From Phoronis australis (taxonomy: Eukaryota > Animalia > Phoronida): 64,000 nucleotides of DNA. Where the stretch lies: contig NMRA01000089.1 of the NCBI GenBank assembly GCA_002633005.1, positions 1-64,000 on the forward strand, in the 5' to 3' direction. Below, in pieces: positions 1 to 17,136 of the stretch (its first letter is position 1; each line of letters opens with the position of its first letter). A program made the position numbers and the translations under genes. The notes below the pieces were generated by a model. The model did no database searches. It saw nothing but the letters and a program-made list of their open reading frames with translations, and was not told the origin of the DNA.

Positions 1-59
1 TGCTGTGGTTACTCGTTATTATAAAATGACTGTGTAAAAGTTAATGCACCTTACACACT

Positions 60-1240
60 GTAAACAAGAGCAACGCGTTGATATGTGCCCACCGTGTGCA
101 TTTCATACAGTGCACATACAAGAGATGATCATTATTTTAAACATTTCCAATAAACAGAACAAAGCTAGTAAACTTTTGTCCCAAATTACACCTCAGTTGT
201 ACCTCCCCTCAATAGAAACAGATGCCAAATTTTATGAAGATCCATCAAGGAACTTGTATTGAGTGACAAAACAAAGAAAATTTCCACAAGAGTGCGACAC
301 AGCAGCCAGAACCATTAAAAAATCATGGTCAGCCATGCACTGCCAAGTAGGAACACTTGTACCAATTTTCATAGGGATCCTTGAAGTGATTAGGCTGACA
401 CAGAGGCAGAAGTCAAAAACGAGACTATGAATTAAAAAAGCCAATGAGAGTCGTACAATACATGGGAAGGAGCTCTGGTTCGTTTAATAGAAATCTGCTT
501 GCCATGTTTTATGAAAATCTATCAAGGAACTCACGTAAGAAGGAAAAAGTCAAAAAGTAACAGATATTGCCACTAGGTGGCATAACAATAATGGACACAA
601 ATGAAAGCCATTGCCATTCATTAACATGTGCCTAGAAATATGCCACAAAAATTTAACAAAGATCCTGCAAAAGGTTTGAAGATACAGCCACAGACGAGAA
701 AAAAACAAAACTGCCATTAGGGGGTGCCACAATAGTCAGTCACCCATAAATCATTGTCACCTGTGCTTTTCCTAATAGGAACACATAAGCCAATTTTAAT
801 AATGACCTTTAGAGTACTTTGTCCGATAGAGAGATAGACGCCAAAAATACTTGTGAATTTAACAAAAATACAGCTGCAGATGAAGAAAAACTGCTACTAA
901 GAGGCACCACAGTAGTTGGAACCATCCAAGCATAATAGTCATCCATCCTCTTTTCAGTGGGAACACATAATAGTTTGGCAGGTAGAGAGACAGAAAGCAA
1001 AAAGTAGTAAAAACGGCTACTAGGTGGCGTACATGTCCAGCCCATCACTATCACCATCTCCTTAATAGACACCTCTTTTGCCAAAGTAGTTGGATTCTGC
1101 CTCATCCAAGACAACCAAAATGTCTGCAAAATTTCACAAACATCCATCAAGGGGTTTTGGAGATACAGCAGTAGACGACTGCTGCCAGCCCGACAGGATA
1201 TCAACATAATGTACTCGCATAAATATGTACAAGAGCAGTG
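60..1240. mobile_element. Interspersed repeat with degenerate internal tandem units (Helentron/DINE-1-like non-autonomous element, inferred)
   Basis: Recurrent AAAACTGCCACTAGG.GGTGCCAC-like motif, shared with 46640-47540 and 48420-49186; boundaries approximate. Confidence 0.45.
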
Positions 1241-1359
1241 AATATGTAACAAGACATTTATAATGCTGATAATTGAGACTGATGAAACACATTCATCAAC
1301 AATATCAATAATAACAACACATTGTTGCCATAAGAAAAACTAGAGCACAAAGATGAGTC

Positions 1360-1790
1360 CTCACAAGGCAGAACTCTCATACAAAACCAACGCCCCACCA
1401 GGCAAAACCCTCATACAAACCATCGGCCCACCAGGCAAAACCCTCAAACAAATCTTCGCCCCACCACGCAGAACCCTCACACAAACCCTAACCCCACCAG
1501 ACAGAATGCTCACTCTAACTTCCCCCACCATGCAGAAACCTCAGTCAAACTCTCACCCCACCAGGTAGAAACCTCACGTCACTCAAACCCTTGTCCCACC
1601 AGGCAGAGTCCCCTCACAAACTCTCAGACCGCCGGACAAAACATTCACTCAAACCCTTACTGCTAAAACGCACAGCCTTATACAAACCCTCACTCCCACA
1701 AGGCTGAACCCTCACACAAACCCATGACCCCATCAGGCATAACCCTCACACAAAGTCTAAACCTCAAAAGGCGGAACCCTCACACAAACC
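1360..1790. repeat. Degenerate C/A-rich minisatellite (~36 bp)
   Basis: ccccaccaggcagaaccctcacacaaacc-like units. Confidence 0.75.
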
Positions 1791-1846
1791 CCTATAATGC
1801 ACAACCACTGATAATCCCTGCTATTGTGTCCCTATGCCCCCTACTA

Positions 1847-6119
<4,273 letters not shown>

Positions 6120-9100
6120 GGTGGCTAGTTGCCAGTCGACACTAGGGGGCGATGACGATCATCCTCAACCACCATCTACAAACTCCTGAAAAGAGTGCAA
6201 CCAGGTTTATGAGTCATACGTTATCTGCTTAAGTCCCTAAGGAATTGCTGGTAATTCCACAAATGAATTTTGATAAATTATGAATTGCATAAGACACTAA
6301 TTAAAGTGACATGCAGGGTCATTTCCAAACTTAAGGTAAAGGACTGCCAAATTCACTTACTAAAATGAAAAAGGTTGTTGGAATTATGCAGAAATAACTG
6401 ACAAAACTCTATCTGGTTTTCAGTATTATGATGTAAAATTCTCTTAAACTACATTATCAAACACCTGAGAAAGTAAGAAAATGATTGGAAACACTTTACA
6501 ATAGATATGTGGGCGGCATTTTTCATCAGTTTTATGTTTCAGCCTGACTAGCTACTAGTAAATGATACAGTGGGCATGTTGAGATCATGAGCTCGCAAGC
6601 TTTAAGTCATTCTCTAACAGTTGCAGAGCTCTCCCTATATGTATTCAAACAGGGTGCCGCTGTCTGAAATGTTTTGAACCACTTTTGGAAATCTTCAGCC
6701 AAGTTTGAACTCTTAAGTCAAGCCTGAAAAGCCTTAGTTACTAAGTTCATGATTGAAATAGTGTTGTGGCATAGAGGTGACATGCATAGCATATGAAAAT
6801 AATGTGTTACTAATTTTTTTTTTTCTAAATTAACAAAAAGGAAATGACAGTACATGAACTTGGCATCATGTTTTAATGTTTGCTCAGGGCCAATTTACAT
6901 GAGCACTTTTAATTATGAAAGTTCAAAAATCACTAACTAGATAAAATCTAAAATGGATGAACACCAAGGCTCTATTTTCTGTCAATCAAGCAATTTAATT
7001 TTAATTCACACCATTCACAGACATCATCACCTTGCTGTACAAGCATGCAAAACGATATCACCAGGCAATATGCCACTTTAATATCAAAAATTAACAAGAC
7101 AAGTACGGTGAAACCAAGAATGCAGTCTCCAACTTAATGGATTATATCAATTATTAACACTCTCTGGAGAAATACACAGCATTCTGTACAGTTCTAAATA
7201 CAGAACCGGAAGTAGATCATACACATGTAGCAAGATCTACTAGATGTTTCAATTAAAAAATATTTTGAAATGATTGTTTGATGAGAGTTGCACAATACAA
7301 TCAAGTCATTAATGAAGCAAAATTAAATCTTAATCTTGTAAAGAAATTTGAAAAACATCACATATTGTCCTAAACTGTGGAGCCTTATTGTGTCTACTTT
7401 CAAAGAACTTTTTCAGACTGTGCTCCAGGGTTCATCCAGGTATCCAAAATGGATTTCCCAATTTCAGAGGGTGTTCATGACTAATAATGCAAGTCAAATT
7501 GCTGCTATAGTTTGGGTATGTTACTTCGGAGATATAGTTTGGTATGTTACTATGGAGATATAGTTTAAAATGTTGCCGCGGAGATATCGTTCTGCAACAA
7601 AGTACCTCATACTTTATTTCATAGTTAAACAAACTATTTCTTGAGACACGTCAATGATGTCCCAGAGCTGCTGCTATAAAGTCAAAAGAGACATCACACT
7701 TACCAGTATTTTACTTGGTGCCCAAATGCTGAACAGGGCATTCTAACTAGGGTGTCTAAATTTAACTTAGGGTATCCATTTGGACGCCCTGGACACCTTC
7801 CTGATGAAGGTGTGTTGCTTCCCCACCGGTCAAATGGGGTCACCACTGGTCACTTTTTCTGTGCATCTAAAGTCACTATCAGAGTGACCATGAGGAAGAG
7901 GCACAGTGGTGCTAATACAGTACTGGGTTATTGGCCAGGGTGCGTACATTGGAAACTCATAAGTTAGAGGGTGAGCTTTAATCCAAGCATGGGAATTCAA
8001 AAAACAATTTTTTTTGAGAAACTAGAGGAGGAAGGTACCTAAATGGCCAATAGGTTTAAGGCCTAGAGAGTTACTAATGTATATTGACATTGGACTCCAC
8101 GCAACAATGCAGTAAGACTATTATAGTATCCAGAATGAAGTGATCATGCACAGTAGTTCAATAGCATGTTAAGCAGTGTATGTTTAAATTTTCCGATGCA
8201 AACATTGCTCACATAATGTGCTGGCCATTCGCTGTTGACACGAATGTGTTCACCAGTTTTTACACATGGCTACAATAATTTTAGAATGATTTAAAAGAGC
8301 TATTTTATGTCTCCTTTGAGTAAAGAGCAGGACAGTACGGACATTTTCCCACTTGAATAAGGCAAAGTTCCACTAAATCTGATTAAGGTAATCATTACTC
8401 AAAATAAGGAGAGTTAAGTGCTTTTTGGGAGCTAAAATTCTGAGACAGACATGAACACCTTTCAGGAATTCGCACTCTCATAAAATTCAGAGTGAAAGGT
8501 AAGCCAAGCATGGATGCTACGGAGTGAAAGAAGGGAAATTTTGGGGGTGGGCGATAAGCTGAAAAAGCATGTTAAACCGTATGAGCATGGACTTTGTTAA
8601 GAAAGAGTGAGCAAGTAACTTACAACCTAAAGTATCTAGAAAACACTAAATTGTAAATAAAGTTAAAAAAAAACAAAAACAAAAACAAAAGTTGATGCAC
8701 ACACTATCATAAGACTCCAGAATATAGTCTAATCTAAGGCCAAAGTCTTAAGACAAATTGTACAACCCACCATGGCAAAGCGATTGAATGCGTGTAAAGT
8801 GAACAGTCATATCAATCACTGTATATCTGATGACAGACTTTGAGTACGGCATTAACATAATATTCAGTTCAGGTGAATAGCTTAGCTCTGCAAAGTGTGA
8901 CTGTCGGCATTTCAATAAAAACGAAAGTTGATTTATGCCTTTTAAAATTGGTCTCGTGATATTTCTGACCATGATAAGATTCAATGTCCGTATCAGCTGA
9001 AGTGTTTTCTTGAGTTACTTATAGTTATCATTATTACATATAATAATATATATATTTCAATGTTCTTTTCGGTAATGGACATGGAATCCTATCACAGTTG

Positions 9101-9187
9101 GGAGTATTACGAGATTAATTCTTGAGACTGAAAAGCCAAATTTGATTTTTGTTTTTAGTGCAAAATGCAGCTTTAACTGCCATAATA

Positions 9188-9454
9188 AGATGTACAAGAG
9201 GGCCTGCATCACAGGAAGGTGTACAAGAGGGCCTGGATCACAGGAAGATGTACAAGAAGGCCTGCATCACAGGAAGGTGTACAAGAGGGCCTGCACCACA
9301 GGAAGGTGTACAAGAGGGCCTGCATCACAGGAAGATGTACAAGAGGGCCTGCACCACAGGAAGATGTACAAGAGGGGCTGCGCCACAGGAAGGCGTACAA
9401 GAGGGCCTGCAGCACAGGAAGATGTACAAGAGGGACTCCAACACAGGAAGATGT
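9188..9454. repeat. 29-bp tandem repeat, ~9 copies
   Basis: ATGTACAAGAGGGCCTGCATCACAGGAAG head-to-tail. Confidence 0.95.
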
Positions 9455-10177
9455 AGAGAAACTGATTGCAAAGTGAGGCAAGAGAATCCCAGACTTTTGT
9501 CTATGCTCATCTGAACTCAGAACCTAATGATAAAAAGTCCATAGTAAAATATCGTAAATACCTAAAACAAAGGTTTGAAGAATGAAATCTAACTATTTAA
9601 AAGAATATTTCTAAAGAAATTATGCAAAAATAGCTACTCTAAGGTTGTTCACATCACCAAATCAATGGCAAAAGTCCAAAATCAAATTCTATAGGCTTTC
9701 CGCCTTCAGAATACTTTTACTAAAATTAAATCTTATAGTCTGTAGATGTTTACCTAAATGCACACAATTGCTCTCATCTGGTATTGTGACAGCTTTTAAT
9801 TAAAGACTAAAAACAAAAACTCATTACGCGCATCAAAACCTGAAATTCTCTTGAGACAACCAGTAAATTTGATGATGTCTAAGACAAAATGAGTGTCACT
9901 TGATATACTGAACAGTTACCATGTTCTGAATCTCTATGGCAACAAACTTTCCACAAATGGCAATAGGTGGATGGTTGTTTTCCAGACAAAATCAATACAA
10001 GTTGATGTTGTACAGAGCTAGACTAACCATAAAACAACATGGTTTCACACTTGCTAAGCATGGTCTAAAACTGTTAGAAACATACTGACAGTAAATCACA
10101 TGAGCTTATCCTAACTCTCAATGGATGGACCTTCAACTTTAATACTGTGAAAGCAGACAGCATCCCTTTGCCGTCTG

Positions 10178-10558
10178 CCCGGGGGTACTCCCATTGAAGA
10201 TATATAAGGGAGTGTCGGCAAGATGATTTTTCCTAACCAGTTTGCCTACCAAAGGAAGCCTTGTCCAACAAAATTCTCCCCGAAAGGGTGCGTTTTATCC
10301 CTTACACAAGAAAACTTACTTGTTTTTGACATGACGTTTATTCTAAACTTGTACTTTTTCACCCCAAATTATTAAAAGAACAGTTGTCCAAAAATCTTCC
10401 TCAAAGGATTAGGTTTATAAAATAATGTTTCTGGAACAAAGCTCATTAACAGAAGTTCCTTGTTAATAGTTCACATTTCAAGTCCACTCTCTAACTGAAT
10501 GGATATCCCAACTTTCCAGCTGCAACCCACACAAAAATTTAGTTAAGTACTCCCCGGG
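10178..10558. mobile_element. ~380-bp MITE-like element with CCCGGGGG-type ends
   Basis: cccgggggtact at 10178 and agtactccccggg at 10546-10558; possible 2-bp GC duplication. Confidence 0.55.
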
Positions 10559-13194
10559 GCCTTCTGTGGATAGGTGAGTTGTTTTTGCAAGTGTCCCGAC
10601 TGGCCTTAAGTCTATGGCTTCTTAGATATATTTTGACACTCATAAAAACATACATGTCACTTAAATGTGAAGGTTTACAAGCAATAAGATGACTGTCTTC
10701 AAGAGCAGAAGACAGGTCAACACAGTGAGACAGCTTTCAGTTCTTGTTAAGGAATGTATTGACTGGCTGCAAGCTATTTAATCAACAGACAAGTCAACAG
10801 AACCTGGTATGCTCTCATCTCTAATTGTATTCAAATTATGCAATAAAATGGGAGTTGATGCACATGCTAATGCTACAGTCTAGAATGTCAAACAAAACCA
10901 CAATGGTTCTCAGGTCAGAAATGAATGATGAAAGACAACTTCGCATAATTAATTAACTGACTACAACCACATGGAAGGAACAACGCAACTGTAGAGAAAG
11001 TTAAATGACAGAAATATTATTTTACATAAAGATTACATAACATGACATAACTGACAAAAGGGCCATAATTAAATTAGGTAATTTTGCAGAGTGTAACTCA
11101 ATGTTGACCAAAGGCATGTACTAAGAACATTCAAAGGATATCAAAAGAAAACGTATCCATCAAAAAGTAAGCCTGGTCTTACTCTGACATTACAAAACCA
11201 CATATTGAGTCAATCTACATAACATATTAAGCCATGATAATTATGATGAATCATCACTCACCATAATGGAGACTAGTCACCACCAGGAAATTGACTGGTT
11301 GTCTTCAAGAATAATACATTTCTACATAGCTATCCACGCCACAGACAGTGTTCTCGCACTGTGTTCAAATATTCGGAGGATGATCAAATCAAATTCTCAT
11401 GCTAGTTCAAAGATAGAATAAATCAATTAGCTAGGTTCGGCCTTTAGTTCAGAAAGCATGGTTGATAGTGTGCCAGCAACATCCAAGTAATGCTGCTGCT
11501 GGTGAACACTGGCTAGGCCTAATCTGGACTTAAATCATAAATCAGTTACTAAATATTGTTTATCAATTCTGGAGATTGCCAATTAACACTCGATATCTTA
11601 ATATATGTTATTTTTTCAAAATTAAGATAGAAAATGATTTGCCACGCAAAAATAGGTTTGGTATACAGATGTCTTGAATAAAAATTGGCAGAATGGTTGT
11701 TAACATATCAAATACAATGAACTAATGAAACACTTAAAACTATGAGAGACAGCATGCAGAGGCAAGTAGGGATCAACTGTTTTCTCATAAATCATTGTAT
11801 AAACTATCTGGTCTTTCTTATCCATACTCATGTGCATAAATACTCATGTACGGATTGTACGCTTTAACGCTCACATCCAAAATTTACAACTTATGTTCAC
11901 TACTGAACGCCCATGCTCAGCTTACCGCCCACCCAGAATGCATAAGAGCAAGCCCCCTTAAAAGGGCCAGTGTGTTTCTGAATGCTCATCTCATGAGATT
12001 TTTAGCACCTAAATGTAACCAAATCGCATGCACTTGCAGGATTAGTAAGCCCCTGAGCAAAAATCCAAACATGGTGCAAATTGCGTGTCATGTTTTCATG
12101 TCAAAATTTTCTCTTCTGCTTATTCACAGAATATTGTAACAAATAATTTTCATTTGCTGAGTACGGTATGTGACCATCACTTTTACACCAAAAGTAAAAA
12201 AAATGTCTTGTAAAGCAGACAAAATCCAGGCTTTTCAAAGCATGGCTCAATATTTTTAATATGGCTCAGAGCTATTCAAACACCACTTGCAATTTCCAAA
12301 AACGGCTTTTCAAACACGGCTCGCGGATTAGACAACGACTCACCTTGCCATATAAGGTAACAATTCACCTTACCATATTAGGCAATGAACAGTCAGATTC
12401 AACAGTACTTAAGTACTAGTCCACGAGATCACCAGCCATGAGCGGCAAGGTGGGGGTCAGCCGATTTTCACCAAATTTGGCACATAGGTAGTCCTATGGG
12501 ATCTATAAACAGCGGTAAAATATTTCCTCAAAATATTGCGTTTTTCTAAAGTTATAGGCTCAAACACATTTTACGGCTTCGCAGTCATGTTTTCACGGTA
12601 TAAAAACTGTCCAGTTTTAACTGTTCATATTTTTCCTTGAATGAAAGCTATTGATTTATTATTCACTTGACATTGTTTATTGGTGCCTGTAGATTGTTAC
12701 ACAGATGTCTTGAAACACGATTCCGATTTACCACCCTCATTTAGNCACTTGCAATTTCCAAAAACGGCTTTTCAAACACGGCTCGCGGATTAGACAACGA
12801 CTCACCTTGCCATATAAGGTAGCAATTCACCTTACCATATTAGGCAATGAACAGTCAGATTCAACAGTACTTAATATTAACATCAACAGGAAAATGTCAC
12901 GTGCTGCAAATGTGTTCCACATTTTGAAAAAGACACGGGCATACCCTTAAGATCATACACAGTCACATAGCAAACACATCACTGTGTAGCTGGCGAAAAA
13001 AAATAGTCAATTAATCAACTGTAAAACCATAATTTGTGAATATTATGGGATGGTTGAACATAAATAATGTATGACTGTGAGCTTCAATGCTACTAATTGT
13101 CATAACTTGTGCAAGTTAAGCCCCAGAGGTCATGTGACCAAGTTGTATGCATTGGCTTCCACAAGAACTTTGAGTCATTCCGTAATGCAAGGTA

Positions 13195-13386
13195 ATGCCG
13201 AGTGACAGTGAGATCAGGTGACTACCGAGTGATAGTTGGTAAGATCATGTGACTACCATGTAACAGTTGGCGAGATCACATGACTCCCGACAGTGGGATC
13301 ACTACTGAGTGAGTTATTGAGATCCTGTGTCTACCGAGTGACACTTAGTGAGATCATGTGACTATTGAGTGACAGTTGGTGAGATC
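13195..13386. repeat. Degenerate ~31-bp tandem repeat
   Basis: gagtgacagttggtgagatcatgtgactacc-like units. Confidence 0.7.
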
Positions 13387-13750
13387 CAATTGGACGCCCA
13401 GGACTTACGCTGCATAAAGGCCGGCTAAGCAAATACTTTTGTAATATCACCAAACTAGCAAGCAACTAGTCACAACAAAACACAGTCCTGTTCACCATTT
13501 TGCCTTGGTAGAATAGGATCTTAACATAAAGGAGTAATTGTGGTCTATGATACGTTGGACCTTAACATGAAAATCGGGAAACAACAGATTACAAACTAGT
13601 TTAAAATTTTCTTCTTGCGATAATAGTTGGTTTCTTCCATCAGAGGAAGTGTGAGATCACCTCCAACTGTATGTAAAGCCTAGTTTTGGAAGGGTTAACC
13701 AACTATATATGAAACTGTCCTGTGCTATGTTATATGCATTTGACTAATGT

Positions 13751-13988
13751 TTCCAAAACTAGGCCGTGTTTATACAGTTGGCTTACCCTTCCAAAACTGG
13801 GCTGTGTTTATACAAGTGGCTTACCCTTCCAAAACTAGGCTGTGTTTATACAGTTGGCTTACCCTTCCAAAACTGGGCGGTGTTTATACAGGTGGCTTAC
13901 CCTTCCAAAACTGGGCTGTGTTTATACAGGTGGCTTACCCTTCCAAAACTGGGCTGTGTTTATACAGTTGGCTTACCCTTCCAAAACT
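13751..13988. repeat. 38-bp tandem repeat, ~6 copies
   Basis: TTCCAAAACTGGGCTGTGTTTATACAGTTGGCTTACCC. Confidence 0.95.
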
Positions 13989-15362
13989 AAGAATAATCAC
14001 TCAGAGGTAAATCTAAAGAGTAACATTAAATGACACATACTGACCAATCAGTGACACTTCAAACATAACACGGCACACAACTGCCCAGGCTTCAGAGCCC
14101 AGACATAACCATGGGTACTATGATAAAATTATAGTAATGATGTTGCGAACCATGTAGGAATCTGCACTATGTAGAAATATTCCTACATCACCCTATGTTG
14201 GAATTCCTACAATAGCGAAACAGTAAAGAACTTTGTGGGCTTAATATCAAAATCATTTTAAACATAAGCCAAAATGAAACATATAAATTTTGTACTCTCT
14301 CATTTTGACCAACAAACTTGCTATTCCGACAACACTGTCTAAATTTTATAAGTGGAACTAAAATCAACAGTGATGGTGAGTATGCGTGCTGAGACAAAGG
14401 TCCTGGCATTTGTGATCATTTTTGCATATCTTTTAAGCGCTGGTCGGGTGTAGCAACCCCTGGTTTTGAGAACTAGGCAATCTCTGAATAACGGTCATTT
14501 ATTCAGTTGAAGAAACTGGTTTTCTAAGTCAAGGAGTGCTTTACATCCTATCAATGATTATTTTGTTTATTAGTACAGTATCTGTGATAGGCATGTTGAT
14601 CTATTTTAGTCATTACTAGTACATAATATACAGCACATGGCAGAACTCAACCATGAGAAAACATCGAAATTTTAAACTTGCACAGGCAAACACTGGATTC
14701 ACTCCTCAAATTAAAGGCCACAATTTATGACATCACGCCCAAGAGGATGGTTGGTTACAATTCTTGCACAGACCTCACACTCCTCACAGCGAAAAAATTC
14801 ATGAGGGTCGAGTTCAGTAGCTATCTCGCGGCTAAAAAAAATTAAGACAAAATCATGTGTTCTGTTCTCATTTGAAATGTCTCGCATAATCTTGTGAGGT
14901 CTTGCTTTTCTATAGGATCGTCCTAGCGTTACTGAACTCTACCCAGTTCCCTCTTTGATTAAATAGTAACCAATATCTACCGGAAGTCTGGAGTGAACGT
15001 TTTACACAATACAAACCTGTGCTTAAATAAATTTCGAAATTCGCCAGTAAAACAATCATGCCAAGTAAACAATTACTTAGCGAACTCCTTACCATATAAA
15101 GAAGCAAAATACAAACACTAAAGATGCAAAACACTAGACCTAGAAACTTCCTGTGTTGTATGTAACTAGGCAATAGCAGCAGAACTTCTGATATTTCAAA
15201 TTCAAAGCCAATATGCCTAGATATATACATAAATGTTGAACTGTTGGACTCATTTTAATGAAAAATTATGAAAATACTGCAAAGATACAGATGTTACTTA
15301 CAATCCAGTTTTGTTCGTTATTCGGCATCATTTCATAAACTTGATATTGATAGTGCACTTAC

Positions 15363-15480
15363 CGGAAACGTCTGATTTTAAATACGTCCAAAACCTAATC
15401 TTCATAATTTAGGCTGGGATCAAACGTCAAACACTGTCAAAACAAAGTGCTCCCAATCGTGAATTTGTAACATGACGTTG
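15363..15480 (-). other. Candidate non-coding first exon of TTBK
   Basis: Consensus donor CG|GTAAGT at 15362 at the edge of a CpG-richer promoter-like zone; 5' end is a guess. Confidence 0.45.
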
Positions 15481-15740
15481 TTGCCGACTACAAGACGAAG
15501 TAAAGCCTGTAATTAACGGGGTCGCAATTGGAACTGAACTTGTCAGACGAATCGGTGATTGTTTGTTTTGCTCATTTTAGGTTTTGACATTTTGTTTGCT
15601 TGTTTCCGACTCGGATTAGAGTAGTGGCACACGACGTTTTTCGTCACTGCAAACTTTTAGCTGGATGTGATACCCAAACCGTGGGGTCGGGAAAGATGTA
15701 GTATGCTGCTATGTGTCAAGAGGGGCGGAAGTTCATGGAA
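15400..15740. promoter_or_regulatory. Putative bidirectional promoter between TTBK and AIDA
   Basis: Divergent gene orientation, locally more CpG, ETS/GABP-like GGGGCGGAAGT at 15722-15732. Confidence 0.45.
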
Positions 15741-17026
15741 ATTTGTAGAGCAGTTGGCCAGAAAATAAACATTATTAATTTTTTTATTTGCGCAGTGTTG
15801 GGGAAAAGCCATGTCCGTTCAAGAGTGCATTGATTAAAAGTCATGTGGACAAAATTTGGGTAATTTTTGGCCTCTCAGGTATTGTTTCAGGTGGGTGTTT
15901 TTGGTTTACTATGTGACATTGTGTTTCCTGGTATCTTCTCAGAGGAGAGAAACGTTAGAAGTGACGACCAGGGAGAAGGCCAGGATCTGTGAAGTGTTGT
16001 CAAGTACCAATTACCACAAAGTTCCTGTGAATCTTTAGAGGGATTTCGGGTGGTTCTTATTTTGAGCCTACATAAAAAGTGCAAAACGTGTTGTTAGTTG
16101 ACCTTCAATACTTGCTTTGTTAAACATATATAATTATGTAATGGTATTGGTAAATTGATTTATTGTATTTTCACGTGCTTCTGCACTACTACATCTGCTA
16201 TTTTTCTACTCGGTGCATTAGCATAACTCTAGAGAATCGAATAGGAATGTGTAGGAATATTGAACTCAATACAATGTTTCTTATGTAAGGTTATATTGAA
16301 TTTATCCTATTTTTATTGTTTCATGAGTTTTTAAAGTACTGTGTATAATTCGAAGTGTTTTTTTGCAAAACACAATACTATGCTTTTAATGTAAAAATTT
16401 CATAATTATCAAATTTTTACGTGGTCTATGTGCCGATGGCTTGTCACTCTTACGGTTTTACTAAGGTATCCACGAGCAACTGTCATTAAAACCTTTGAAT
16501 CAACCCAGTACAGACTGCGTAAAATCTTGATTGTCAAAGTTTGTTGATTCCTATTCTTACAATGAAAACACAAAATGTCCGTTATTAAATTATCAGTCTT
16601 TTTTCACCTGGCTTATGGACTGATACATAATTTGTCGTAGAAAACTGCCCTGTCCTTGGTGATGTGCACCGAAATTTGCTGACGAATATGACAAATGATG
16701 CCAGAGTAGATAGATTATTTCAAAGCCATGATCTTTGCAAACTAAAAAGCCTGGCGTTATATATTTCAAGAACAACAGTGCTGGAGGAGAACTTTTGTCA
16801 TTGTAAAGTTGTAAATCATGTAAACTGCATGATGAGACCAAGGCATCCGTATAATAAACATTTGTGATTCTGATTCTTATTCTAGAAGACTATGGAACTG
16901 AAGTGGAGAGAGTATATGCATTGAATGGAAAAGTGTTCTTTTATGTTATAAACACCACCACCATCATAGCAAGCTGAAGGACTTGCAGCTGTGATCAACA
17001 GTGATCAACACTATAGTGTGGTCAAG

Positions 17027-17136
17027 ATGGAGAACGACATGAGTAAAGTCATAACAGCATGGCATAATGCATTTAGAAAGGGAACTGATTACGACTTGTG
17101 GGGCCAGCCTGTTGAAGCTATCGATGGTTATCATAG
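17027..17136 (+). CDS. AIDA: AIDA coding exon 1
   Basis: MENDMSKVITAWHNAFRKGTDYDLWGQPVEAIDGYH, donor GTTAGT. Confidence 0.88.

Noticed and set aside
9188-9454. 29-bp repeats as a CRISPR array, and the overlapping repetitive ORFs
   Set aside because: Units are head-to-tail with no unique spacers, no cas genes, eukaryotic intron; ORFs in all frames are a by-product of a stop-free unit.
11826-12167. Second CCGTA/TACGG-type element ending TACGGTA at 12167
   Set aside because: No convincing matching left TIR found.
16892-17026. N-terminal AIDA extension by selenocysteine/read-through of TGA at 16922
   Set aside because: Further in-frame TAA and TAG stops precede the main ATG.
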